This document shows, piece by piece, positions 32,334 through 42,694 of a stretch of 64,000 nt of DNA. The DNA is taken from contig DASXQR010000146.1 in assembly GCA_036507075.1 (NCBI GenBank), positions 40,662 through 104,661 on the forward strand. Reading direction: 5' to 3'. The first letter of the stretch is position 1. Every line of letters begins with the position of its first letter. The notes below the pieces were generated by a model. It was given only the letters and a program-made list of their open reading frames with translations. It made no database searches and was not told where the DNA came from. Source of the DNA: Acidobacteriota bacterium (GTDB lineage Bacteria > Acidobacteriota > UBA6911 > JACQSX01). Both the position numbers and the translations under genes were made by a program.

Positions 32334-32846
32334 TCAGCTTCTCGACCGGGCGCGGGTGCGAGCAGCCTTGCGGGCGGCAGCCGACCGGCCCCCCGGACCT
32401 TTAGTACGAACGGCCTTTTGTGCCGCGGCGGAGCGAGCCTTTGCTCCGCGCTTGCGGGCAGCCGTGCGCGCCTGGCGGGCAAGCGACGATTTCGATGCGG
32501 CTGAATGGCCCTCGCGGCGCAGAGCAGCTCGGATGGCTCGCGAGCGGGCTGCCGAAGGCTTCTTTCTTGATCGGGCGCGCTTTAAAGCCAACTTCGCGCT
32601 GCGGCGGGTTTTGGCCGACGTCTTCCCCTTCTTGGGCGGCCGGAGTTTCACGCCGGCACGCCTCGCCTTTGAGAGCCCGATTGCGATCGCCTGCTTGGTT
32701 GAGCGCGCGCCGTGCTTCCCTTCGCGAATGTGGTGCATTTCCTCACGCACGAACTCGCCCGCCTGCGTCGAGGGTGCCTTGCCTTCGCGCTGATCCTCTT
32801 TAGCCTTTTCCAAGGCCTCCTTATCCGTATCCTGCTCTGACATCAT
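32334..32846 (-). CDS. Basic histone-like DNA-binding protein (DUF6496-like)
   Basis: STQAGEFVREEMHHIREGKHGARSTKQAIAIGLSKARRAG with an R/K/A-rich tail; SD AAAGGAG. Confidence 0.75.
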   Translation of the reverse strand: MMSEQDTDKEALEKAKEDQREGKAPSTQAGEFVREEMHHIREGKHGARSTKQAIAIGLSKARRAGVKLRPPKKGKTSAKTRRSAKLALKRARSRKKPSAARSRAIRAALRREGHSAASKSSLARQARTAARKRGAKARSAAAQKAVRTKGPGGRSAAARKAARTRARSRS

Positions 32847-33054
32847 GATTCTCCTTTCCGGGAATATGTGGTCGCGCGGCTCACGTTCTCTCTTGTCAAG
32901 GAAACAAATGCAATCCCATCGCGAAGCCCGAAGATTCCTATCATCATGAGGTAATCGTACATTAGACCGGCACGGTCTCGTAGGAATGAACAAACTTGTC
33001 ATACGGACTCACCGCCAACGACACCGCTTCCTCAGAACCTGAGAAAAAATCGAC

Positions 33055-33276
33055 GCCACCGGGCCTGGAACGTGAGAAAAAATTCACCGCGAAGGCGCGA
33101 AGGCGCGAAAACAAGAATTACTGTAGTCCTCCAAGTGACGCAATGACGGCAGACATTGCAGTATTTACGGGTACTTAGATAACAAAGCTATCTCACCTTA
33201 AGTCGCTTTTTTCGCGCTTTCGCGCTTTTGCGGTTCCAGTTTTTTGATTTTTTCTCACGTTCCTGCCCCGGTGGTG
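33055..33276. repeat. Imperfect long inverted repeat (REP/MITE-like)
   Basis: GGAACGTGAGAAAAAAT...CGCGAAGGCGCGAA versus its reverse complement at ~33206-33276. Confidence 0.6.
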
Positions 33277-33397
33277 AGCACGAATTTTCACTAGAGCTGA
33301 ATATCCACTCACTTTGGAGACACTCGGGCTGACGTTGAAGGTTCGGGCATTTGTTGGCGCCTTGACGGTCGCATTGCACACAAGGTACCCTTTACAC

Positions 33398-33637
33398 ATG
33401 AAACGTACAAATCTTGTGCTTGATGAGCGACTGCTCGAGGAAGCCCTGCGCTTGAGTGGTGAGCGGACTTACTCGCGAGCGGTGGAGCGCGCTCTTGAAG
33501 ATTTCGTTCGTCGCGTCAAAGCGTCGCGTATCCTGGAGTTGGCCGGATCCGGTCTTTGGCAGGGCGACCTGGCGCAGATGCGCGGCGACCGGGCAGTAGC
33601 AGGCTCCCGAAGGCGGACCAGGCGTGGTTCTAGTTGA
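33398..33637 (+). CDS. vapB: VapB-type antitoxin
   Basis: MKRTNLVLDERLLEEA...WQGDL..MR; overlaps the PIN gene. Confidence 0.85.
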   Translation: MKRTNLVLDERLLEEALRLSGERTYSRAVERALEDFVRRVKASRILELAGSGLWQGDLAQMRGDRAVAGSRRRTRRGSS

Positions 33638-34022
33638 TACCTCGGTCTGGATTGAAGTTTTTCGTCGTCCGGCCCCCCTTAGACTTGACTCAATTGTCGA
33701 CCTTGAGGATGTCGTCACGTGCCTGCCGGTAATCCAGGAAGTGCTTCACGGTTTTGACCAGCCGCGAGCCTTCCAGATCGCCCGCGAATCGATGTATTCG
33801 CTGCCGCTGGTAGAGTCCCCCCTTGGCAGAGAGGTCTTTGACCAGGCTGTTGAGCTTTACCGGGGCGCTCGCCGCGCTGCGCTGACAATTCGCTCCAGCG
33901 TCGACTGCCTTATCGCAGCCTGCGCGCTGCGCAACGAATTGACGGTCTTGCATTACGATCGCGACTTTGAACTGCTGGCGCGCGTATCGCCGTTGCAGGT
34001 ACGCTCCATCTCCCGAACCTGA
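33624..34022 (+). CDS. vapC: VapC PIN toxin
   Basis: VLVDTSVWI, QEVL.G, DCLIAA, HYDRDF. Confidence 0.9.
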   Translation: MVLVDTSVWIEVFRRPAPLRLDSIVDLEDVVTCLPVIQEVLHGFDQPRAFQIARESMYSLPLVESPLGREVFDQAVELYRGARRAALTIRSSVDCLIAACALRNELTVLHYDRDFELLARVSPLQVRSISRT

Positions 34023-34385
34023 CTTGGGCTCCCGTCAATCGCCGCGCAGCGGCGCGGCACCAGCACGCCGATACAGGTACGATCGCGGCACTGCCTCTCA
34101 CCAGCGGGGCGCGTAAATCGCTGATGGAATTGGATTCTGTGCATCAGCAGTGCTGTTTGAAGAGATCTGTTTGGCGCTGTCTACTATCGCTCGAAATAGC
34201 ACGACCGTTCGGCTCTATACTGACTTCGACTGGCCTCGAGAACAAAACCGCCGGTGTCATAGCTGGGCGAGAACCATGCGGGCGGGAAAACAGCACAGGC
34301 ATCGGGACATTTCAAATTTGACAGGTGTTTAGGCGCTGCATTAGTGACAGGCATCAGCGCCTATTCTGGCATCAGCGCCTATTCT

Positions 34386-37300
34386 TCATCGAATTGTTAA
34401 GTTCATCGCACCGCCGGCCTGATTGAAGATCTGCATCATGGCCGTTGATGCTTGACCAGCTCTTCCACTGAATAGAATGAACTGAGTGGTGTAGCCCCCA
34501 GAATCTGCTATGTGTGGAAAAAACACTTCGGATGTCGAAGCGGGCGCCGCTTCATTGGCTGTCGGCATCGTAGTGATCAAGAAATCGCTGCGCTCGTTGT
34601 GGCGTCCGCGCAATCCGATCACCGAAAGAGGGACAGCGCCTGAGACACGTACCACCCCTTGAAACGGAGTAGAGAACGACGTTAATCCCGGAATCTGATT
34701 CAAGAACTTTGCCACCTGCCCATTAGGCGGAATTGACAACATGCCGATCAGACCAGCGGATGATCCATCAAGCCTCGTAAGTTCAACTGTCACACTGGCG
34801 GTCGAGGCTGCTGTATTAACAATTGCAATTCCCGTCTGGATCGCTCCAATCTCGCTTTGATTGAAATTGCCTGCCGCTTCCGCATACAGGCGGAAAGCCG
34901 ACGCAACGGGGACGGCCGGGACCGCCGCCTCGATGACGGTCGTGCCGCCGTTTCGAAAGGAAAAGATTGCGAGGCCGGATGGCGCCGCAGACCCAGCGGC
35001 GGGCACCACTCGCGCCCAACCGACTACACTCGTAATTCCTGCGCCGGATGTCGTCAACTTGAGTGATGCACGCGGAGGAATCGTATATGCAAAACTACTC
35101 GTCGATTCGCCGTTGACGGTCACAGTCGCCTGTCCTCCGGACTGATCCTGAAAGTGCACGGCGCCGTTGAGTGCTCTTTCGCTACTGTTAAGTAAAAGGA
35201 TCTGAGTCTTCCACCCGCCCCCGTCAGCGAAGTGGGGAAACACAACCACCCCGGTCGCGGGTGCAGCATCAAGGTCGATGACGGGCAATGTAGTAATCAG
35301 GAATTCACTTCGTTCATTGGCAAGGCCTCGAAGGGCGATCGCACCGATTGGAACGGACGAGTTGAACGTGAAAGTCCCGCTGACGGACGAGCGCCCGTTG
35401 AAAGGAGGTTGGTTCAGAAATGCGGCGATTTGCCCGCCTGGAGGAATCGTCGTAGTGCCCTGATCAAAGTTACCGCTCTGGTCACTGAAGAAGAATGAAA
35501 CAGCCGCGGCCTGACTAGTAGCGTTTGCCAAAGCCAGACCCGTATTCACCGGGCCGTCTATTTCCGCCGCAATTCGCCCATTCTGGATCAGCGGCGTAGC
35601 AGCAACACCCGCTTCGCTGACCAGCACGCCATTCTGACGCAGGCCGAAAATGGCGACGCCGTAGGGTGACGTGCTTCCGGTATTCGGACGAACGCGAGCA
35701 TAGCCTGTAGAGACTGTCTGCAGCAGTCCCGCACTCACCATCGATACACCGCCTCGATCGGTGAATGACACAGGAACGCTCATATCGACTGCGGAGACCT
35801 TACGAATACGATGATTGCCCGTATCAGCGATATAAAGGTTTCCTATCGGGTCGAATGCGACGCCTTCCGGAACGAAAAGCTCCGCCGAGCCCGGCGGGCC
35901 GCCATCACCGCGAAAGCCGGTCCTGCCATCGCCCGAATATGTCGAGATAACGCCCGCAGGCGTGACCCTGCGAATCCTGCTATTCCCCCATTCCGTGATG
36001 AAGAGATTACCCGCGCCGTCCACGGCAACGCTACGCGGGCGATTGAGCGCGGCAGAAGTCGCCGGGCCGCCGTCCCCTTCGAAACCCTGTGTGCCATTTC
36101 CAGCAACAGTAGTGATAATTCCAGACGCGTCTATTTTGCGCACACGATTCGTGCCGTCCGCAATGTAGAGATTTCCACTCGTGTCCACCCCGATTCCCTC
36201 AGGCGACTGAAGACTTGCAGACGTCGCAAGTCCACCATCTCCGGAGAATCCGGCCGTTCCATTACCAGCCACGGTACTGATAATTCCGGGCGGCGATACT
36301 TTTCGAATGCGGTGAGTTCCACTATCGACGATGAAAACATTTCCCGCCGCATCGATCGCCACACCTCGAGGGCTGGAGATTCTCGCGGATGACGCAGGCC
36401 CGCCATCTCCGGCGAAGCCTCCCGTGCCGGTGCCGGCGAAGGTGCTGATCATCCCGTCAGGAGTGATCTTGCGAATGCGGCTGTTAAACGTGTCGGCGAT
36501 ATAGATGTTACCCCGCGTATCCACAGCGATCCCCTCAGGACGGCTGAGTCGGGCAGAAGAAGCGGGCCCGCCGTCGCCGCCGGAGCCGGATGTTCCATTT
36601 CCTGCAAGCGTGATAATGATGCCGGCAGGAGTCACTTTTCGAACGGCGTGATTGCGAGTGTCGGCGATGAAAATATTTCCTTGAGCATCTACGGCTGCGC
36701 CTTCAGGCCCGTTCAGTTTTGCCGCGGTCGCCGGCCCGTCGTCGCCGCTCAGTCCAAATGTGGCACTTCCGGCCACTGTGTCGATGCGTAAAGCCGGCAC
36801 CCATGTCGGAGAAATATCCTGGAGAATGGTGACCCGCGGCGAGTCGCTACGGACCACATAAACTCGGCCGGTTCGCTGGTTGATGGCAGCGTCCGTACTA
36901 AGCAGCGAACTACTCATCGAAATGCTTTGGGGAAGCCTCTCAATCTGCTGCGTGGAGCCATTCAAGACGTAGATGTTGCCGCTGCCGGCCACCATGTAGG
37001 CGTTATCCGTTGCGCGACGGATGGCAATTTTACCGATCCCGTCGTTGCCTCCGGTGGAGGACAGTGTCACCTCGGTGAGTCCGTCATTTCGTCCATCGAC
37101 AATAGCCGACGCGATCCCGATTCCTACACCGGCAAACAACCGGTTTGTCAGCGGATTAAAGGCCAACGTTCGCAGGTCTTCCCTTCCCACGTACCGATAG
37201 TTACCGTTGCCGCGATTCAGGATCAGAATGCCCGGTCCGGCCTGGTTCGGAGCAAACAACATCGTCACGTACACTTTGTTCTCGAGTTCATTAACGCTTA

Positions 37301-37979
37301 TGGCGAGTGGCGCTCGTCCTCCGGTTGGAGTAAGCTCGAGAATGGAAGTCTGCAGTGTTTGCGAGTTGACGACGAACAGCTGGCTCGTACTGAGTTTGGT
37401 GAAGAAGATTTCACCTGTTCGTTCGTTGAAGCTCATCAGCGACTGAGAGTCGCAGCAATTCATCGTGATCGGGCTGAACTGGTCTGTGCGAACATCAATG
37501 ACACCCGACGACGCGTCGCCTCCTCCCCATAAAACATAAACCTTGTCGCGGCTCTCATCGTTCTGGACGTCGAGCAACACCAAAGCTCCCCCGGAAGTAA
37601 TCTTTTGGGTGATCTGTCGTATCGGCTCATTGCGCACAGCATCAATGACCCAAATCGAAGCTTCCGGTCCCGTCGTATCATGGCTGACGGCGGCATAGAC
37701 CTTGCCAAAAGTTTCATTGACTGCAATGTTATCGACTCTGCCCTGGCCGACCGGAATCGATCGGATTATCTGATTCGTGTTTCCGTCGATGACCAGGACG
37801 CTTTGGGTTTGTTGATCGGCCACAAAAATCTTGTTGGCCGCTTCATATACCGCTACCGCAGTCGGACTACCTGCGGGAACCGTACCAACCAACTGCGATT
37901 GCGCGGTCGCATCGGTGCCAACACGGGCCAAAACGCCAAGAACGAGAAACGTCAAGAACAGGAGTCTCCGCTGGCGCAT
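34386..37979 (-). CDS. Exported YVTN/NHL-repeat beta-propeller protein
   Basis: Signal peptide; repeated GDGGPA..A.L..P.G.AVD..GN..IAD..N.RIRK; C-terminal FPHFADGGG domains. Confidence 0.88.
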   Translation of the reverse strand: MRQRRLLFLTFLVLGVLARVGTDATAQSQLVGTVPAGSPTAVAVYEAANKIFVADQQTQSVLVIDGNTNQIIRSIPVGQGRVDNIAVNETFGKVYAAVSHDTTGPEASIWVIDAVRNEPIRQITQKITSGGALVLLDVQNDESRDKVYVLWGGGDASSGVIDVRTDQFSPITMNCCDSQSLMSFNERTGEIFFTKLSTSQLFVVNSQTLQTSILELTPTGGRAPLAISVNELENKVYVTMLFAPNQAGPGILILNRGNGNYRYVGREDLRTLAFNPLTNRLFAGVGIGIASAIVDGRNDGLTEVTLSSTGGNDGIGKIAIRRATDNAYMVAGSGNIYVLNGSTQQIERLPQSISMSSSLLSTDAAINQRTGRVYVVRSDSPRVTILQDISPTWVPALRIDTVAGSATFGLSGDDGPATAAKLNGPEGAAVDAQGNIFIADTRNHAVRKVTPAGIIITLAGNGTSGSGGDGGPASSARLSRPEGIAVDTRGNIYIADTFNSRIRKITPDGMISTFAGTGTGGFAGDGGPASSARISSPRGVAIDAAGNVFIVDSGTHRIRKVSPPGIISTVAGNGTAGFSGDGGLATSASLQSPEGIGVDTSGNLYIADGTNRVRKIDASGIITTVAGNGTQGFEGDGGPATSAALNRPRSVAVDGAGNLFITEWGNSRIRRVTPAGVISTYSGDGRTGFRGDGGPPGSAELFVPEGVAFDPIGNLYIADTGNHRIRKVSAVDMSVPVSFTDRGGVSMVSAGLLQTVSTGYARVRPNTGSTSPYGVAIFGLRQNGVLVSEAGVAATPLIQNGRIAAEIDGPVNTGLALANATSQAAAVSFFFSDQSGNFDQGTTTIPPGGQIAAFLNQPPFNGRSSVSGTFTFNSSVPIGAIALRGLANERSEFLITTLPVIDLDAAPATGVVVFPHFADGGGWKTQILLLNSSERALNGAVHFQDQSGGQATVTVNGESTSSFAYTIPPRASLKLTTSGAGITSVVGWARVVPAAGSAAPSGLAIFSFRNGGTTVIEAAVPAVPVASAFRLYAEAAGNFNQSEIGAIQTGIAIVNTAASTASVTVELTRLDGSSAGLIGMLSIPPNGQVAKFLNQIPGLTSFSTPFQGVVRVSGAVPLSVIGLRGRHNERSDFLITTMPTANEAAPASTSEVFFPHIADSGGYTTQFILFSGRAGQASTAMMQIFNQAGGAMNLTIR

Positions 37980-38040
37980 TGGCCGAAATTCTACCAGTTA
38001 GCCCGAGGGATTGCGAACTTGGACGAAGGCCTGCCACCGC

Positions 38041-38082
38041 CTTGGGAGCAGGGGGGCGGCAGTTCAAATCTGCCCGCCCCGA
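38041..38082 (+). tRNA. tRNA-Pro(TGG) 3' half (att scar)
   Basis: CTTGGGAGCAGGGGGGCGGCAGTTCAAATCTGCCCGCCCCGA; no 5' half. Confidence 0.75.
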
Positions 38083-38388
38083 TTCAATGATGCGAGTCTT
38101 GTGCAGTCGGATGGGTCGGCAACCTTCCAGAACTGGCAAAACAGCGCTTCTACATCCCCAATTCCTGTCACCTGTATTCTCTTCTTACTACCGTGACAGG
38201 CACTTTCAGTTTTTTGATGGGTTCTGGCTTATCGGACTACCATGTGGCCCCAGGTCAGTGTAGTCAATTTCGTAGCTGTGAAAGCCTCCAACTTCAACAA
38301 ATTTCAGCAAGTTTCAATAGGGTCGCCGCAAGCGCTTGAAAATTAGTTAGTTGGAAATAGGCCATTTATTGGAATTGCCGGGAACAGA

Positions 38389-38433
38389 CTTACAAGCAGG
38401 AGGTCCGCGGTTCGAGCCCGCGAGCGCCCACCA
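38389..38433 (+). tRNA. tRNA-Val(TAC) 3' half, second copy (att scar)
   Basis: Identical to 21585-21629. Confidence 0.88.
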
Positions 38434-38526
38434 AGGTTTTCGATGATTTGCGGCTGATTCCAGCCGCGCACCAGGGTCCCCGTACCGGCGAAGACGGGTC
38501 CCAGCTCGCCTTTTCCAACAATCCCG

Positions 38527-38718
38527 ACGGAGCCGCGAAGTGTAAGCGAGCGGCACTCCAGACTGACGAGCCGGATCGGCAGCGTTGACGGCACGGCACG
38601 GGATCAAGGTCGCTGCAGAACTGCGGTTCTGCCGCGACGTTACTGTGCTGGATCCTCAGCCGTTGCTGATCTGCCTTGTCAGTCTGGATTGCCGCTCGCC
38701 TACACTTCGCGGCTCCGT
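38527..38718. repeat. REP/MITE-like element with ~41-bp inverted arms
   Basis: ACGGAGCCGCGAAGTGTA...CCAGACTGAC / GTCAGTCTGG...TACACTTCGCGGCTCCGT. Confidence 0.8.
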
Positions 38719-38722
38719 TAGA

Positions 38723-41575
38723 TCACTCCTGACGCAGCGCCTCGAGGGGGTCTACTTGCGCCGCCTTGCGCGCCGGCAACCAGCAAGCCAGCAGCGCGAC
38801 CAGCGTCAGCAGCGCCGCGATGATGGCAATGATCACTGGATCAGTCCCCTTCACCTCGTAAAGCTGCTCGGCCATCTGGCGCTGCCAGGCGCTGCCGGCG
38901 AAATATTGGCTCTCGAGCAAGCGCTTCAAGGCGTAACCACCCAGTGCGCCAACGGCCAGCCCCAGCAGCACCAGCTTCATCCCTTGCCGGGTCACCAGCA
39001 GCAGGACGTTGGCCCGTTGCGCGCCAAGCGCCATGCGGATGCCGATCTCGTTGGTCCGTTGGGCCACCGAATAGGCCAGCACGCCGGAGAGTCCGATGGC
39101 TGCGAGCAAGAGCGCCAGCCCGCCAAAGAAACTCAAGAGCCGGGCAGACAGGCGTTCCTTTCCCAAGGTTGCCTGCGAGCGTGCCGCTTGCGTGCCGATT
39201 TCTGTGACCGGCAGATTGCTGTCCAGTTCACGCACGACCTGGCGCACCGTGGCAGTGAGCGCGGCCGGTTCGCCCGCGGTGCGCAGAGTGAAGTGCATCT
39301 CGCCGACTTCTGCGCCGTCTTGTTGCCAGGGCGTGTAGAGCAGCGGCTTGATCTCCTCGCGCTGGCTCATGTATTTGGTATCGGCGACCACACCGATGAT
39401 TTCGACCTCGCGTTTGCTGCCTCTAAATGTGACACGCTTGCCGAGCGCGTCATCGTTGGGGAAGAACTGGCGCGCGAAGGTTTGACTGACGATGGCGACT
39501 TTGGGCGCACGCTGGTCATCCTGCGCCGTGAAGCCGCGCCCGCGCAGCAGCGGGATCTCCATCGTCGCAAAATAGTTCTCGCGCGCCATCTGGCGGTTGG
39601 TGGGGTGCGGTCCGGCGGTCATTGCCGACTCCCCGGGCAGCAAGATGCCGTTGACGAAATTGTCCTGAGCGATAAGCGCGACGCGCCCGAACGTCGCCGC
39701 GCGCACGCCCGGCAGGTTATCCAGCCGCGCAAAGAGTTGCTGATAGAACTGCACCAGCCGTTCGTCTTTGTACCCGCCCTGTTGCGGTTGTAATCTGAAG
39801 AGCAAGAGATTCTCCTGATTGAAACCGAGGTTGATTCGTTGCAGGTTGTGGAGTGTGCGGATGAACAAACCCGCGCCGACCAATAACAACAGCGAAAGTG
39901 CAACCTGCGCGACAATCAGACCTTTGCTCAAACGCGACACTGCCCCCGTCGTGCGGCGGCCCTGTTTAATTGCTGTCGCCAAATCCAGACTTGTGGCGCG
40001 CCACGCAGGCGTCAATCCGAACAGCACGCCGGTCAATACCGAGATGGCAAGCGTGAAGGCCAGCACACGCCAATCCAGACGAAGGTCGACGACGACGCCG
40101 GGCAGGATTCCTGTGTCTTTGTCGGTCAGCGCCAGGAGCGCGCTCCTGCCCCAGAAGGCGAAGAGCACGCCGGCCGCGCCGCCCAACCCCGCGAGCAGCA
40201 CACTTTCGGTCAGCAGTTGCCGGATCAAACGCCAGCGCCCCGCGCCGACCGCGAGCCGCACGCTGATCTCTGCGCTGCGCTGGGCTGCCCGCGCCAGCAG
40301 CAGGTTCGCCACGTTGGCACAGGCAATCAGCAGCACCAGCGCCACCACGATGAACAAGCCGTAGATCGTGGTTGAATACATTCTGCGCCTGTCCAGCATC
40401 CCTCGGCCGCCGGATTCCGCAAGCAGGCGCGGGTAATCTTTCGGCTCGAGTTGCGCCGGTTGATTCGCTTTGCGCGGGGGCGGCATGACCTCCAAAGCGG
40501 CGGCTTGAAAAGCGCCGTTCAAGCTGTCGCGCGCCTGTTCGCAGGTCGCGCCCGGTTTGAGCCGTCCCATCAAATCCAGCCACCAGGCGCCTGGTTGGTT
40601 CGCCGTGCCCAATCTGCTGCGCTCACCCCGCAGCAACGGCTCGCAGGCAATCGGGACGGTGACGGCGGGGCGATAATCCACTTGCAACGTGCCGGTGAAC
40701 GCGGGTGGCGTCACGCCGATGATGGTGAAGGGAATTTTGTTGAGTTTGAGCGGCTGGCCGATGACGGCGGAACTGGCGCCGAATCGCTCCTGCCAAAACT
40801 GATGGCTGAGCACGACCACTGACGCTGCTCCTAGCTTATCATCCTCGTCGGTGATGCCGCGTCCCAAGACCGGTTGTACTCCGAGTCCGGCGTAATAGCC
40901 GCCGGACACGGCTTGCCCGTTGATGACCTCTACCTGGTCGCCCGCTGCCGCGGTCAATTCGCGGATTGGAGCGAAGGCAAAGAAATCGCTCAGCGGGCTT
41001 TCCGGCGCAGCGGCGCGCGCCTGGCGCATCTTTTCAAAGACCTCGTAGCAAAACAGCGAAAGCCCTTTTGTGCCCGGCGGCGTTGGCACAAACGACGTGC
41101 CGCTCATCCCACCCGTCCTGAACGGGAGCCCGGCTTGCCATTCAAAGAGCACCAACCGCTCCGGCTCAGCGACCGGCAAGGTATTCAGCAGCACGGCATC
41201 CATCACACTGAACAACGCCGTGTTCGCGCCAATGCCGAGCGCCAGCGAAAGTACGGCTACCAGCGTGAACCCTTTGCTCTTGAGCAGCATCCGCACGCCG
41301 TAGCGCAAGTCCTGAAACATTTCGTCCTCCAGTCTTCTGGGTTGCAGCAGCAGCGCGTCCCAGAACGCGCCCGCGCTTCGCCGCAGCAGATCAAGCCTGT
41401 GTCGCCGGTCGAGCCGGTTCCACTCGGCCAGGAGCATTTCGCGGCAGCGCAGCTCGGCCTCCCACTCCTGCCGCCAATCGGCTCGCAAGCGGCGCGGCAC
41501 AATCACGCCGATGACGCGGATCAGCCGGAGGTGCGGTCTGGTGAAGAATCTTTTGCAGCGGGATAGCAGCAGCAC
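38723..41575 (-). CDS. ADOP-type duplicated ABC permease (MacB/FtsX domains)
   Basis: QDLRYGVRML, LALGIGANTA, LLIACANVANLLLAR, EIGIRMALGA, PARKAAQVDP. Confidence 0.92.
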   Translation of the reverse strand: MLLLSRCKRFFTRPHLRLIRVIGVIVPRRLRADWRQEWEAELRCREMLLAEWNRLDRRHRLDLLRRSAGAFWDALLLQPRRLEDEMFQDLRYGVRMLLKSKGFTLVAVLSLALGIGANTALFSVMDAVLLNTLPVAEPERLVLFEWQAGLPFRTGGMSGTSFVPTPPGTKGLSLFCYEVFEKMRQARAAAPESPLSDFFAFAPIRELTAAAGDQVEVINGQAVSGGYYAGLGVQPVLGRGITDEDDKLGAASVVVLSHQFWQERFGASSAVIGQPLKLNKIPFTIIGVTPPAFTGTLQVDYRPAVTVPIACEPLLRGERSRLGTANQPGAWWLDLMGRLKPGATCEQARDSLNGAFQAAALEVMPPPRKANQPAQLEPKDYPRLLAESGGRGMLDRRRMYSTTIYGLFIVVALVLLIACANVANLLLARAAQRSAEISVRLAVGAGRWRLIRQLLTESVLLAGLGGAAGVLFAFWGRSALLALTDKDTGILPGVVVDLRLDWRVLAFTLAISVLTGVLFGLTPAWRATSLDLATAIKQGRRTTGAVSRLSKGLIVAQVALSLLLLVGAGLFIRTLHNLQRINLGFNQENLLLFRLQPQQGGYKDERLVQFYQQLFARLDNLPGVRAATFGRVALIAQDNFVNGILLPGESAMTAGPHPTNRQMARENYFATMEIPLLRGRGFTAQDDQRAPKVAIVSQTFARQFFPNDDALGKRVTFRGSKREVEIIGVVADTKYMSQREEIKPLLYTPWQQDGAEVGEMHFTLRTAGEPAALTATVRQVVRELDSNLPVTEIGTQAARSQATLGKERLSARLLSFFGGLALLLAAIGLSGVLAYSVAQRTNEIGIRMALGAQRANVLLLVTRQGMKLVLLGLAVGALGGYALKRLLESQYFAGSAWQRQMAEQLYEVKGTDPVIIAIIAALLTLVALLACWLPARKAAQVDPLEALRQE

Positions 41576-41585
41576 GGTTTTGACC

Positions 41586-41912
41586 TCACGCGCGTGACGG
41601 TTTCGGGTCGCGCACTTTGGTCGGTCGTCTTTGCTCCAACAGCCGGTAGCGTTTTACCGCCTCGGCTAACGCCTCCCGCCCTGCGCGCGTGAGCTCGTAG
41701 TATTTGCGCGGCGGGCGCGGCTCGGCCTGCGCGATACTCTGCTTCTCCCACTCGGAAGCGAGATATCCGGTTTCCTGCAGCCGTCTCAACGCCGGGTATA
41801 CTGTCCCGCCCGGCAAGCCCGTGATGTCAATGATGTCAAAACCGTAAAGATAGCCGTTGGCCACCGCTTGCAGGATGACCGCCGTCGAGTAGGTGAGAAA
41901 CCCTTTGCCCAT
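41586..41912 (-). CDS. PadR family regulator
   Basis: YGFDI, GTVYPALRRL, RKYYELT..G. Confidence 0.9.
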   Translation of the reverse strand: MGKGFLTYSTAVILQAVANGYLYGFDIIDITGLPGGTVYPALRRLQETGYLASEWEKQSIAQAEPRPPRKYYELTRAGREALAEAVKRYRLLEQRRPTKVRDPKPSRA

Positions 41913-41930
41913 TGCGAACCCCTGAGGTTG

Positions 41931-41970
41931 TCTACGATAGAATCCTATCTAGAAAGAATCCTATATAGAT
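41931..41970. promoter_or_regulatory. Possible PadR operator (repeated AGAATCCTAT)
   Basis: Two AGAATCCTAT direct repeats just upstream of padR; function inferred. Confidence 0.35.
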
Positions 41971-42276
41971 CAGGGCGCGAATTCAAGTTTTTGGTTTTTT
42001 TCAGGATGACGATTCGCCACCCGGGGGCACGTTTTCTTGGTCTGGTTAAATGAGAGCGTACAGAAGGACCTGGTGCGATTACGTGACGACGCTAAGCTCC
42101 GTGGCCAGTGGCCACCGAAGTGGAAGGGAGGGAATGGCAATTGGCTGACACCACCCACAGAGAGGCCGCATTGGGGGCAAAGGGAAGTGATCACCGTCAT
42201 GGAAGTCGGTCGGGGCACTAGGTCTTCTTGGTGCGCAGAAAGTTCACAATTCGGTCAAATTTTGGAGCAGCGCCGG

Positions 42277-42581
42277 GACCGCAGAGTGGTCAAATAACAT
42301 AGCCCGGGGCAGAGCGCGTTTTTTGCGCGACGCCCCGGGTTTAAGTGTCCCCAAAAGTTGAAAACCCCGGCAGGGGTTTCATATTTTGCGCAAAAACGAC
42401 GTTGCAAGAGGTATTCCTTGAATGGATCCGAACGTGCGACATGCCGTTTAAGAATGCTATCGATTGAAGCCGATTATTGGACCCCTCCGGGGTCCGGACA
42501 AACATTGGAGGATACTTGACCCGGGGCGCCGCGCAGAAAAACGCGCTGCCCCGGGCTGTTCTATTTGACCGCTCCGCGGTC
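42277..42581. repeat. MITE/REP-like element with ~70-bp imperfect inverted arms
   Basis: GACCGCAGAGTGGTCAAATA...AGCCCGGGGCAG / CTGCCCCGGGCT...TATTTGACCGCTCCGCGGTC. Confidence 0.8.
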
Positions 42582-42694
42582 TAAATGCAGCAAGACACTC
42601 ACAGCCAGGCCTTCCTCCTTGGCGGTATGAGGTCGCTCGCTAACACTGGTCACCTTCATCTTAGTAACAGAAAGTTCCCGAGGAGGAGGACGAA

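Noticed and set aside
34350..34385. 18-bp tandem duplication GGCATCAGCGCCTATTCT
   Set aside because: Only two adjacent copies; no evidence of function.
38585..39793. 402-aa + strand ORF and similar long antisense ORFs (47362, 48597, 51351, 54975)
   Set aside because: Shadows of well-supported genes on the opposite strand in GC-rich DNA.
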